A DNA stretch of 47,700 nucleotides from a bacterium. Its GTDB lineage: Bacteria > JACRDZ01 > JAQUKH01. The DNA is taken from positions 1-47,700 of the forward strand of contig JAQUKH010000022.1 in the NCBI GenBank assembly GCA_028719205.1. The letters run 5' to 3'. Below, in pieces: positions 18,915 to 27,395 of the stretch; position 1 is the stretch's first letter, and each line of letters begins with the position of its first letter. Position numbers and translations under genes: made by a program. A model generated the notes under the pieces. The model was not told the DNA's origin and did not search any database. It saw only the letters and a list, made by a program, of their open reading frames with translations.

Positions 18915-20687
18915 ATGCTTGATGTTAAACGAAATAATCTCGACAGATCATTGTCTCCATATCTCATACAGCATGTATCAAATCCTGTCTGGTGGCAGGA
19001 ATGGAGCACGGAGATAATAAATGAAGCGGTTCGGGAAAATAAACCGCTATTTGTTTCCGTGGGTTACGCTACTTGCCACTGGTGTCATGTCATGGCTGCC
19101 GGCGCCTTTTCAGATAAAGAAACTGCCGATTATCTTAACAAACATTTTATCTGTATCAAGGTGGATCGGGAACAAAGGCCGGACATCGATAAATTATTAA
19201 TGAATTTTTTAACCGTACAGAGCGGAAGCGGCGGCTGGCCGCTTAATGTATTCCTAACCCCGGAGGTTCATCCTATATTCGCGCTTACTTTTGCACCGGC
19301 AAGTTCCAGCGGTTCAATGAAATCTTTTTTAACTATTGCCGGAAAAGTTTATGAATATTATCAAAACAATGTGGATAAAATTCAGCAATTTGAAGAAAAT
19401 GAAGAACAGCCAGGGGTTGTTGCTGAAGAATCTATAGTAAAAAAAATATCAGCTTATTTTGACCATGATAACGGCGGTTTTGGGAACAGGCAAAAATTTC
19501 CTCCGCATTCAACTTTATTATATCTTTTGTATTTTATCTGTGTTGATAATAACGCGGATGCTGTAACTATTTGTGTAAAAACACTCGATGCCATGCGTTT
19601 GCGGGGATTGAATGACCACTTACAGGGTGGTATTTTCCGTTACTGCGTCGGCCCTGAGTGGTCTATTCCCCATTTTGAAAAAATGCTCTATGACCAGGCT
19701 ATGGCTTTATGGTGTTATTCTTTAGCCTATAAGGTAATTAAAAAAAAAGAGTATATGTTGATGGCTGATAATATTATAAGGTGCCTTGAGGAATGTTTTG
19801 AACAGAATGGATTATTTATATCGGCGCATGACGCGGATACAGGACACGTGGAGGGAGCGGCCTATACCTGGAGTTATGATGAGCTGAAAAAGGTCCTTTC
19901 ACCCGGTGAATTTAAAAAGTTTAGTGATTCCTATCAAATTGAAAGGAGCGGTAATTTCGAAGGTAAAATACATCTGATCAGAAAAAATGATAATGATCTA
20001 TCAGAGATAGAGAATAAATTGCTTCGCATTCGCAAGCTTAGAGCTCAGCCTGAAAGTGATAATAAAATTCTTTGCGGACTGAACGCTTTAACCGCGATAG
20101 CAATGATACAGGCGGGACGGTATCTGGAAAAACCGCTTTATGAGGAAAAAGCATCAAAGATCACACACAGCCTGATGGATTTATTCTGGGACGGAAAGAC
20201 ACTTGGCCACTCCTTTTATAATGGCGCAACGCAAAAACAAAGTTTTTTATTTGATGCCGCCGCGATGCTTACCCTGATCAGTATGCTTTATGAAAATGAT
20301 GGATTCTGGGGCGCCATGATGGACACAATGATTGCCTGTGTACTATCATTTAAAGACTCCGGGAAATGGATCGAATCAAGAGCGGAAGATTTTCAAACAG
20401 TGTACGCTTCGTGGTCTGATAATCCTATTCCTTCCAGTATAGGCCTGGCAGAAATGGGTTTAACTCGCGCGGCTATGCTCACAGGAAAACCGGCAGGATC
20501 GAAACAATACAGGCAGCCGCTTCAATGCGATTTTTTTAATATCACTGAGATGATAAACAACGGCCTTTTCCATATAATTACAGCTGAAAATATTATTCCA
20601 TGGAGTAAATTACAGCCGAATACGCTTCAGAAACGCGGGAAAACCGAAACTGACTGCTACAAGGGAACATGCAAGATGTTTGGGTAG
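18915..20687 (+). CDS. Thioredoxin-domain protein, YyaL/DUF255 family
   Basis: SPYLIQH, CHWCHVM, KVDREQRPDID, GGWPL, PHFEKMLYDQA. Confidence 0.9.
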   Translation: MLDVKRNNLDRSLSPYLIQHVSNPVWWQEWSTEIINEAVRENKPLFVSVGYATCHWCHVMAAGAFSDKETADYLNKHFICIKVDREQRPDIDKLLMNFLTVQSGSGGWPLNVFLTPEVHPIFALTFAPASSSGSMKSFLTIAGKVYEYYQNNVDKIQQFEENEEQPGVVAEESIVKKISAYFDHDNGGFGNRQKFPPHSTLLYLLYFICVDNNADAVTICVKTLDAMRLRGLNDHLQGGIFRYCVGPEWSIPHFEKMLYDQAMALWCYSLAYKVIKKKEYMLMADNIIRCLEECFEQNGLFISAHDADTGHVEGAAYTWSYDELKKVLSPGEFKKFSDSYQIERSGNFEGKIHLIRKNDNDLSEIENKLLRIRKLRAQPESDNKILCGLNALTAIAMIQAGRYLEKPLYEEKASKITHSLMDLFWDGKTLGHSFYNGATQKQSFLFDAAAMLTLISMLYENDGFWGAMMDTMIACVLSFKDSGKWIESRAEDFQTVYASWSDNPIPSSIGLAEMGLTRAAMLTGKPAGSKQYRQPLQCDFFNITEMINNGLFHIITAENIIPWSKLQPNTLQKRGKTETDCYKGTCKMFG

Positions 20688-20747
20688 AAATAAGTCATAA
20701 AAAAGTAACTAGGTGCCATTTACACTTTAAGGGAATTATAATAATAT
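20687..20747 (+). promoter_or_regulatory. Island promoter module copy 5
   Basis: GAAATAAGTCATAAAAAAGTAA; TTTACA 20719-20724; 17 bp; TAATAT 20742-20747. Confidence 0.8.
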
Positions 20748-20753
20748 TATTGT

Positions 20754-20939
20754 ATGAAAAAATCTAAATCCTTAACTAAAGACCCCATCTGCGGAATGGG
20801 CGTGTATAAAAACACTGCCTTACACGCTGAACGAGATGGGAAGACGTTCTATTTTTGCAGCGACCAATGCCGGCAAAAATTTTTGTCTGTGCCTGCCGGT
20901 GCCAAGCCGCAGGATAAGTCTGGCTGTTGCTGTGGATAA
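20754..20939 (+). CDS. YHS-domain small protein with CCC tail
   Basis: KDPICGM, GKTFYFCSDQC, terminal GCCCG. Confidence 0.85.
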   Translation: MKKSKSLTKDPICGMGVYKNTALHAERDGKTFYFCSDQCRQKFLSVPAGAKPQDKSGCCCG

Positions 20940-20971
20940 AAGTTGTTTCGACTGAAAGTGAAAAACTTATT

Positions 20972-21805
20972 ATGAGTGAAAAAACGAAATCTATATGGTC
21001 AGGATTAATATCATTTGGATTAGTGAATATTCCTGTTGAAATGTTTCCCGCGTCAAAAGACACGCCGATTAAACTTTCATATCTGCACAAAAAAGATTTG
21101 AGCCCCATACGTTACGCCCGTATATGTCTTTCTAACGGTGAGGAAGTTCCTTATGAGGAAATCGTGAGAGGCTACGAATTCCAGAAAGGCGATTATGTAA
21201 TTCTGGATGAAAAAGATTTCCAAAAAGCAAGGCCCTCGGGAGACCAGAATATTGAAGTTCTTCTGCTCGTGAATAATAATGAGGTCGATATTAAATTGTA
21301 CGATAAACCATATTATCTCGTGCCGGCGAAACAAGGCAGAAAAGCATATGTGTTATTGAGGGAAGCATTATCTAAAACCGGGAAGATCGCGGTTACAAGA
21401 TTCGTACTTAAAACAAGAGAGCATATGGGTGTGCTTAAAACTGAAGGAGATGTGATATTGCTGAACCGGATACGTTATTACAGCCAGATACGTGATTATT
21501 CAGAATTGGGCCTGCCCAAAAGAGAGGCCGTTACCGAAAAAGAGCTCAAACTTGCCGTTGAGCTCGTCGAAAAACTTTCAGGAAAATTTGTTCCCCGTGA
21601 TTATAAGGATACTTATAATGAAGTCCTTAACCAGGCGGTAAAAAATAAAATAAGCGGCAAAAAAGTCAGCCATATCGATAAAGAAATTCTATATCCAACC
21701 CGCGTGCCCGACTTGATGGCAAAATTACGAGCCAGCCTGGGAAGCCCCCGGCAGGAAGCCCTCCGCGGCGGGCAGGCCCTCCAGGGCGGGCAGGCCCGTC
21801 CATGA
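20972..21805 (+). CDS. ku: Ku protein (NHEJ)
   Basis: IWSGLISFGLVNIPV, EIVRGYE, YDKPYYL, DLMAKLRASL; coupled to ligD. Confidence 0.95.
   Translation: MSEKTKSIWSGLISFGLVNIPVEMFPASKDTPIKLSYLHKKDLSPIRYARICLSNGEEVPYEEIVRGYEFQKGDYVILDEKDFQKARPSGDQNIEVLLLVNNNEVDIKLYDKPYYLVPAKQGRKAYVLLREALSKTGKIAVTRFVLKTREHMGVLKTEGDVILLNRIRYYSQIRDYSELGLPKREAVTEKELKLAVELVEKLSGKFVPRDYKDTYNEVLNQAVKNKISGKKVSHIDKEILYPTRVPDLMAKLRASLGSPRQEALRGGQALQGGQARP
21759..21794 (+). repeat. Two tandem 18-bp GC-rich palindrome-type units in the ku 3' end
   Basis: CCCTCCGCGGCGGGCAGG then CCCTCCAGGGCGGGCAGG. Confidence 0.8.
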
Positions 21806-24201
21806 GAAAAACATCTCTCGAAAAATATAGCCGGAAAAGAAAATTTGAGTTCACACCCGAACCCGCTGCCCTTAAGTTTGTGGTTCAAAAACACAACGCG
21901 AGAAGCCTGCATTATGATTTTCGCCTTGAGGCCGGCGGTGTGTTAAAAAGCTGGGCGGTTCCTAAAGGGATTTCTGATGATCCCGAAGTAAAAAGGTTGG
22001 CGGTCCAGGTTGAAGACCATCCCATCGAATACGCGGAATTTCACGGGGTAATTCCCGCGGGAAATTACGGGGCCGGTACCGTGGATATCTGGGATAAGGG
22101 AACGTATTTTGTTGATCCGGATTATGCGCGTTCTTCCAACGAACAAAGCATCCTTAATGGTTTAGAAAAGGGGCATATTAATTTTTTTTTGAAAGGTGAA
22201 AAACTTTCAGGGGAATATTCTCTGGTTCACATGAAAAACCCCGCCACGGCGGGCAGGCAGGATAAAGACAACAAGTGGCTGATTATAAAAAAAAAAGATT
22301 CGCACCTGATTGGGAAATCAGGTATAACCGATGATGAACTAAGATTATTAGGCGCGAATAAAGCTAAAATGCCGCTTTTTTTTAAACCTATGCTCGCGGA
22401 GGCGGCTGAAAAACCTTTTGACTCCGCGGATTGGTATTTTGAAATAAAGTGGGATGGTTACAGAGCCCTTGCATTTATCAAAAACGGCAAAGTGAAATTA
22501 TACTCACGCAACAAAAAATTATTTAACGCGTATTTCCCCGTGGTTATAGATTCTCTTTCAAGAATATCCGACGCTGTTATAGACGGTGAGATCGTTGTCC
22601 TTGACGAAACAGGAAGGCCTTCTTTCCAGTTACTGCAGGATTACATGAAATCCAGGGAGGGAATTCTGGTTTATTACATTTTTGATATCATTTATTACCG
22701 CGGTTTTGATTTAAGTAACCTTTCGTTGTCACAAAGATCCTTAGTTTTAAATAAAGTTTTTCCTGAATTGCCGCATCTTAAAATAAGCGGCCACGTTGAA
22801 AAAGACGGTATAAAGTTTTATGAATCCGCACGGACAAACGGCCTTGAAGGCATTATGGCTAAGCGCCTTGACAGCCTCTACCATCCGGGAGTCAGAAGCC
22901 GGGATTGGCTGAAACTAAAAATATTGAACAGGGAAGAGGCGGTAATATGCGGCTTTACCAAACCGCGTGGGTCGCGTGGTTTTTTCGGTTCATTAGTGCT
23001 TGGAATGTATAAAGATAAGAAGCTTGAGTTTATCGGCCAGGTGGGAACAGGTTTCGATGAATCAAGCCTTGAAGAGATTTACAAAAAGCTAAAACCTCTG
23101 GTAACAGGTATAAATCCTTTTGGGAAAGAGATAACCGGCCTGAGACAGGCCCGCCGCGGCGGGCAGGTCAGCCCGCCGTGGCGGGTTACCTGGGTAAGGC
23201 CTGAACTTTTATGTGAAATAAAATTTTCCGAGTGGACCAGGGAAGGGAAAATGCGCATGCCCGTTTTTCTCGGGCTCAGGCTTGATAAAAAAGCCCGGGA
23301 TGACCGTGTCCACCCAACCAATCTTCAAAAAATATTCTGGCCGGAAGAAAAATACACCAAGGGTATGCTTATTGAATATTATTACCGCGTCGCGCCATAT
23401 ATGCTAAAATATCTTAAAGACAGGCCGGAATCTATGAACCGTTTTCCGGATGGCATAGAAGGTGAAAGTTTTTATCAAAAGAATGCGGGAGAAATTGTGC
23501 CGGATTGGATACAAACAATTAAGATATTTTCTGAGAGTGAAAAAAAAGAAATAGATTATCTTGTTTGTAATGATGAAGTGTCGCTTATCTTTATGGTTAA
23601 CCTTGGATGCATAGAGATCAATCCCTGGAATTCGCGGATAAACAGCCTTTCAAATCCTGATTACGCGGTTTTTGATCTTGATCCTGAGGATATTCCTTTT
23701 ACAAAGGTGGTCGAAACAGCCCTTTTTATTCACAACCTGTTAGATGAAATAGGCGCGTCTAATTATTGTAAAACCTCAGGGGGAAGAGGCCTTCATATTT
23801 ATGTGCCCCTGAACGCGAGCTATTCATATGATCAGGCGCGCGAATTTGTTCATATTATAAGCCTGATAACAAATAAAAATATGCCCGGTATTACAAGCCT
23901 GGAACAGCCCCCTGAAAAAAGGGGAAAAAAGGTTTATCTGGATTTTCGACAAAACGCAAGGAGCAAAACCATGGCCGCGGTATACTCAATCCGGCCTCGT
24001 AAAGGTGCTCCTGTTTCGACGCCGCTTTTATGGAATGAACTTAAGCCGGATCTGTCTCCTCTTGATTTCACCATAAAAACAATTGATAAACGTATCAATG
24101 AAAAAGGAGATTTATGGGAAGGCCTGCTCAGGAAAAATATAGACATGAATAAATGCCTCGAAAACTTGTATAAGCTTTTTCCAGGCGAAAAAAGTCAATA
24201 A
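21802..24201 (+). CDS. ligD: DNA ligase D (phosphoesterase-ligase-polymerase)
   Basis: FVVQKHNARSLHYDFRLE, EIKWDGYR, EGIMAK, FDLDP, KTSGGRGLH. Confidence 0.95.
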   Translation: MRKTSLEKYSRKRKFEFTPEPAALKFVVQKHNARSLHYDFRLEAGGVLKSWAVPKGISDDPEVKRLAVQVEDHPIEYAEFHGVIPAGNYGAGTVDIWDKGTYFVDPDYARSSNEQSILNGLEKGHINFFLKGEKLSGEYSLVHMKNPATAGRQDKDNKWLIIKKKDSHLIGKSGITDDELRLLGANKAKMPLFFKPMLAEAAEKPFDSADWYFEIKWDGYRALAFIKNGKVKLYSRNKKLFNAYFPVVIDSLSRISDAVIDGEIVVLDETGRPSFQLLQDYMKSREGILVYYIFDIIYYRGFDLSNLSLSQRSLVLNKVFPELPHLKISGHVEKDGIKFYESARTNGLEGIMAKRLDSLYHPGVRSRDWLKLKILNREEAVICGFTKPRGSRGFFGSLVLGMYKDKKLEFIGQVGTGFDESSLEEIYKKLKPLVTGINPFGKEITGLRQARRGGQVSPPWRVTWVRPELLCEIKFSEWTREGKMRMPVFLGLRLDKKARDDRVHPTNLQKIFWPEEKYTKGMLIEYYYRVAPYMLKYLKDRPESMNRFPDGIEGESFYQKNAGEIVPDWIQTIKIFSESEKKEIDYLVCNDEVSLIFMVNLGCIEINPWNSRINSLSNPDYAVFDLDPEDIPFTKVVETALFIHNLLDEIGASNYCKTSGGRGLHIYVPLNASYSYDQAREFVHIISLITNKNMPGITSLEQPPEKRGKKVYLDFRQNARSKTMAAVYSIRPRKGAPVSTPLLWNELKPDLSPLDFTIKTIDKRINEKGDLWEGLLRKNIDMNKCLENLYKLFPGEKSQ
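22240..22261 (+). repeat. GC-rich palindromic mini-repeat within ligD
   Basis: CCCGCCACGGCGGGCAGGCAGG. Confidence 0.75.
23150..23185 (+). repeat. Two GC-rich palindromic mini-repeats within ligD
   Basis: CCCGCCGCGGCGGGCAGG and CCCGCCGTGGCGGG. Confidence 0.8.
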
Positions 24202-24247
24202 AAAGAGGATTCAGCCAATTTACATTTTTTTACTTTCTTTATAAGAT
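24187..24247 (+). promoter_or_regulatory. Island promoter module copy 6 (overlaps ligD stop)
   Basis: GAAAAAAGTCAATAAAAAGAGG; TTTACA 24219-24224; 17 bp; TAAGAT 24242-24247. Confidence 0.8.
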
Positions 24248-24285
24248 AACAAAAAAGATATTGAACTAAAAAAAGGAGATTCAAC

Positions 24286-24678
24286 ATGGCAGATTTCAAA
24301 GAATTATTCCAGTCCGCTGATTTCAAGAAGGAAAAACATGTTCCTCTGATAGACGCGCCGGATAAATTTAAAAAGGGAGATCTTATTAAAGTTACGGTTA
24401 CTGTCGGCAAGGAAATAGCTCACCCGAATAAAACCGAACACCATATCCGGTGGATCGACGTTTATTTTCACCCGCAGGGAGAAAAATTCCCCTGCCATAT
24501 CGGCAGGTCGGAATTTAATGCCCATGGAGAATCCGCCCAGGGGCCTGATACAAGTTCAATATATACTCATCATGAAGTCACCTTAAGTTTTAAGACAGAA
24601 AAACCCGGGATCATTTACGCGTCCAGTTATTGCAATATTCATGGATTGTGGCAGAGTTCAAAAGAGTTATCTATGTAA
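24286..24678 (+). CDS. Superoxide reductase (neelaredoxin-type)
   Basis: EKHVP, HPNKTEHHIRWI, CNIHGLW. Confidence 0.9.
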   Translation: MADFKELFQSADFKKEKHVPLIDAPDKFKKGDLIKVTVTVGKEIAHPNKTEHHIRWIDVYFHPQGEKFPCHIGRSEFNAHGESAQGPDTSSIYTHHEVTLSFKTEKPGIIYASSYCNIHGLWQSSKELSM

Positions 24679-24697
24679 ATTTAAAGGAGCCAGAACG

Positions 24698-25120
24698 ATG
24701 GAAACTTTCAAATTGGCAATTTTGTCTTTTTTGTTGGTTTTTTGTGCCGGATTTTTTTTATCCTGTAATAGTACAGGAACCACGAATCCAACATCTGTGG
24801 ATTCGACTTTTACATCTATCCAGGATAATATATTTACCCCAAAATGCGCTTTGAACGGCTGTCACGCGGGGACAAATCCTCAAAAGGGTTTAGATCTTTC
24901 CAGCGGGCGAGCATTCTCGCTTATTGTAAATATAATGAGTGTAGAAGATGATCTATTTCGGATTACTCCGGGTAACAGCATGAACTCCTATCTCTATAGA
25001 AAGATTACAAATGATCCCAGAATTGAGGGAAGCAGGATGCCCTTTGGCGGAATTGCACTCTCGATCCAGGAAATTAAGGCAATTGCGGATTGGATTCAAG
25101 CCGGAGCTTTGCAAAACTAA
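24698..25120 (+). CDS. Lipoprotein with CX4CH motif, putative cytochrome c
   Basis: AAGGAG RBS; lipobox FLSC; CALNGCH; RMP; DWIQAGA. Confidence 0.65.
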   Translation: METFKLAILSFLLVFCAGFFLSCNSTGTTNPTSVDSTFTSIQDNIFTPKCALNGCHAGTNPQKGLDLSSGRAFSLIVNIMSVEDDLFRITPGNSMNSYLYRKITNDPRIEGSRMPFGGIALSIQEIKAIADWIQAGALQN

Positions 25121-25188
25121 TTATAGAAAACCGGCATTTTAAATAAGGAGTTGAACGCGGAATTGGAGTAAAAAAGGAGAATAGAAAA

Positions 25189-25803
25189 ATGAGTTATAAT
25201 GTTTTGCCTCCGAAAGAAATTATCGAAAAAACTATAAAGGCAGTGAAAGATCGAAATGTTACTGTTTATTTTGAAAATACCAAAGAGGAAGCCCTGAAAA
25301 AACTTAAGAATCTTATTCCCGCGGGAGCTGAAATAATGACAGGGGGGTCAACCACTCTCGAACAAATCGGATTTGCGGATTACCTGAAATCAGGCAGGCA
25401 TCCATGGAATAATCTTAAGGATAAAATTCTTGCTGAAAAGGACCCGGCAAAACAAAATGAGCTTCGGAAAATGAGTGTTTTATCGCAGTATTTTGCCGGT
25501 AGTGTTCATGCGGTAACGGAAACAGGAGTAATCATTATTGCTTCAGCTACCGGGAGCCAGCTTCCTTCTTACGCTTTTTCAAGCGATAACCTGATATGGG
25601 TCATTGGCTGTCACAAGATTGTGCCTACTTTTGAAGACGCACTGAAACGGATACGTGAATACACGTTTCCTCTTGAGGACAAGCGTATGAAAAGTGTTGG
25701 ATATTCCGGAAGCACCATAGGTAAAATGCTTATTTTTGAACGTGAAATAATGCCCAACCGCAAAATAAACCTGATATTTGTTAATGAAGTTTTAGGTTTT
25801 TAG
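25189..25803 (+). CDS. LUD-domain (lactate utilization/YkgG-like) protein
   Basis: GGSTTLEQIG, SVHAVTETG, ASATGSQL. Confidence 0.8.
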   Translation: MSYNVLPPKEIIEKTIKAVKDRNVTVYFENTKEEALKKLKNLIPAGAEIMTGGSTTLEQIGFADYLKSGRHPWNNLKDKILAEKDPAKQNELRKMSVLSQYFAGSVHAVTETGVIIIASATGSQLPSYAFSSDNLIWVIGCHKIVPTFEDALKRIREYTFPLEDKRMKSVGYSGSTIGKMLIFEREIMPNRKINLIFVNEVLGF

Positions 25804-25816
25804 ATAAGGGGGGGGA

Positions 25817-26563
25817 ATGTTAAAAGAACAAAACAATATTTTAATTTTTGTGTTAACAGGTTTTTATCTGGCAATTATTTTAGCCATAACAGCTATTTTA
25901 TCAGGTTTAGGCACAAGATGGTCTTTCTGGGATTTTCGCGCGGGCCTGAAAATTTTCAGGTGGGCGGTTTATGGAGAAATGGCGGTATTCGCGTTAACGC
26001 TGATCTCTGGTATCGTTGTGGAGTATAAACAATTTCAAAATATGTTCACTTTTTCCGTTATTGGTTTTTTAATAAGTGTTTCAGTTGCAGGTATGGGCTT
26101 GAAATGGATGTATATCGCTAAGCATGTTCCGGCCATCCACGACATTACTACCGATACTGAAAATCCTCCGAAATTTGACCTGATTCTTAATTTGCGTAAA
26201 GACGCGCTGAATTCTTCCGAATATGGAGGAATGGAAATCAGTTCGCAGCAGGAGAAAGCTTATCCTGACATTAAACCCGCTCTTCTTGAAGTTACACCGG
26301 AGAACGCGTACAAGCTTTGTTTGAAAACGGCTGGAGAAATGGGCTGGGATATTGTCAACGCGAACGCGGAGAAAGGATTTATTGAGGCGACTGACAGGAC
26401 CTTTTGGTTTGGCTTTAAGGATGATATTGTTATACGCGTTATGCCTGTTGATAAATCAAGCCGGATTGACCTACGTTCCGTCTCAAGAGTCGGGAGGAGT
26501 GATGTTGGAACGAACGCGAAAAGAATAAGAAATTTCTTTAAAAGATTGAATAAAAAAATATAA
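25817..26563 (+). CDS. DUF1499 membrane protein
   Basis: PAIHDITTD, FGFKDD, RSVSRVGRSDVGTNAKRI. Confidence 0.85.
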   Translation: MLKEQNNILIFVLTGFYLAIILAITAILSGLGTRWSFWDFRAGLKIFRWAVYGEMAVFALTLISGIVVEYKQFQNMFTFSVIGFLISVSVAGMGLKWMYIAKHVPAIHDITTDTENPPKFDLILNLRKDALNSSEYGGMEISSQQEKAYPDIKPALLEVTPENAYKLCLKTAGEMGWDIVNANAEKGFIEATDRTFWFGFKDDIVIRVMPVDKSSRIDLRSVSRVGRSDVGTNAKRIRNFFKRLNKKI

Positions 26564-26573
26564 GGGAAAAAAT

Positions 26574-26822
26574 ATGACAAAATATCGCTGTAAAGTATGC
26601 GGATATATTTATGACAGCATAAATATAGACGGACGTGACCAGATACCTGAAAAATGTCCGGTATGCGGCGCTTTTCAGTCAGCATTTTTATTAATCCCGC
26701 CATCAGAGGTTAATCTGGGTATTTATTTTAATCTTTTTCAGCCCGGATGGTGGGCCTTGCATTTTACCGGGATAAGTTTAGTTTACATTATAGGCCGGTT
26801 GATCTGGCATGGAATGCCGTGA
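26574..26822 (+). CDS. Rubredoxin-like domain with C-terminal membrane helix
   Basis: YRCKVCGYIY..CPVCGA; PGWWALH followed by TM segment. Confidence 0.8.
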   Translation: MTKYRCKVCGYIYDSINIDGRDQIPEKCPVCGAFQSAFLLIPPSEVNLGIYFNLFQPGWWALHFTGISLVYIIGRLIWHGMP

Positions 26823-26831
26823 GGAGAAAAG

Positions 26832-26951
26832 ATGTTAAAGAATTTTTTACGGTTTAAATCAGGCTGGTGGATCCTGCATTTAATTGCGGTCAGTTTTACT
26901 CTATATCTTGCATATGTAATAGATTTTTCCGCCCGTTTTGTTAAGAAATAG
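26832..26951 (+). CDS. 39-aa membrane peptide (not in ORF track)
   Basis: GAGGAG RBS 26821-26826; MLKNFLRFKSGWWILHLIAVSFTLYLAYVIDFSARFVKK; resembles tail of upstream gene. Confidence 0.7.
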   Translation: MLKNFLRFKSGWWILHLIAVSFTLYLAYVIDFSARFVKK

Positions 26952-26983
26952 TCCGCCTGAAATCTTATTAAATGGAGGATATT

Positions 26984-27394
26984 ATGAATATTCGCCGATG
27001 TTTATGGATAGCTTTGGTATTGCTGGCAGGAGGAGGGCTGCTGCTGCATTTACGCGTGCACCCTTTATATTTGCCGTCTGATCTGGAGCATATTAATATG
27101 GCTAATCTTTTTGCCTTTATGTTCCCTCTGGTTGATTTGATAATAGTCAGTGTTTTATTTATGTCTCCGGCAACATCCGCTTATGGATATTTACTGAACG
27201 GTATGTTCGCTGTTTACGCGTCCGTGTTAATGGGGCATATGAGTATTTATGGATATTTTGTAAATCATCCTTCTTTAGGGGAATGGATTTTTACTTCTAC
27301 TTTGCCTGATATTTTGATTGCCTGGGCTGATTTTTTCACAGGATGCGCTTTGTTTTATGTTTTACAGTTACCAAAATTTGATAAAGCTAAATAG
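26984..27394 (+). CDS. Four-TM membrane protein
   Basis: GGAGG RBS; hydrophobic helices with LLLHLRVHP and MGHMS. Confidence 0.7.
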   Translation: MNIRRCLWIALVLLAGGGLLLHLRVHPLYLPSDLEHINMANLFAFMFPLVDLIIVSVLFMSPATSAYGYLLNGMFAVYASVLMGHMSIYGYFVNHPSLGEWIFTSTLPDILIAWADFFTGCALFYVLQLPKFDKAK

Positions 27395-27395
27395 T

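Noticed and set aside
18915-20687. CHWCH as a heme c site
   Set aside because: It is the thioredoxin-like motif of YyaL/DUF255 proteins and there is no signal peptide
26820-26831. Selenocysteine or alternative genetic code at the in-frame TGA
   Set aside because: TGA is a normal stop elsewhere in the window, no SECIS-like hairpin was seen, and the downstream ORF has its own RBS
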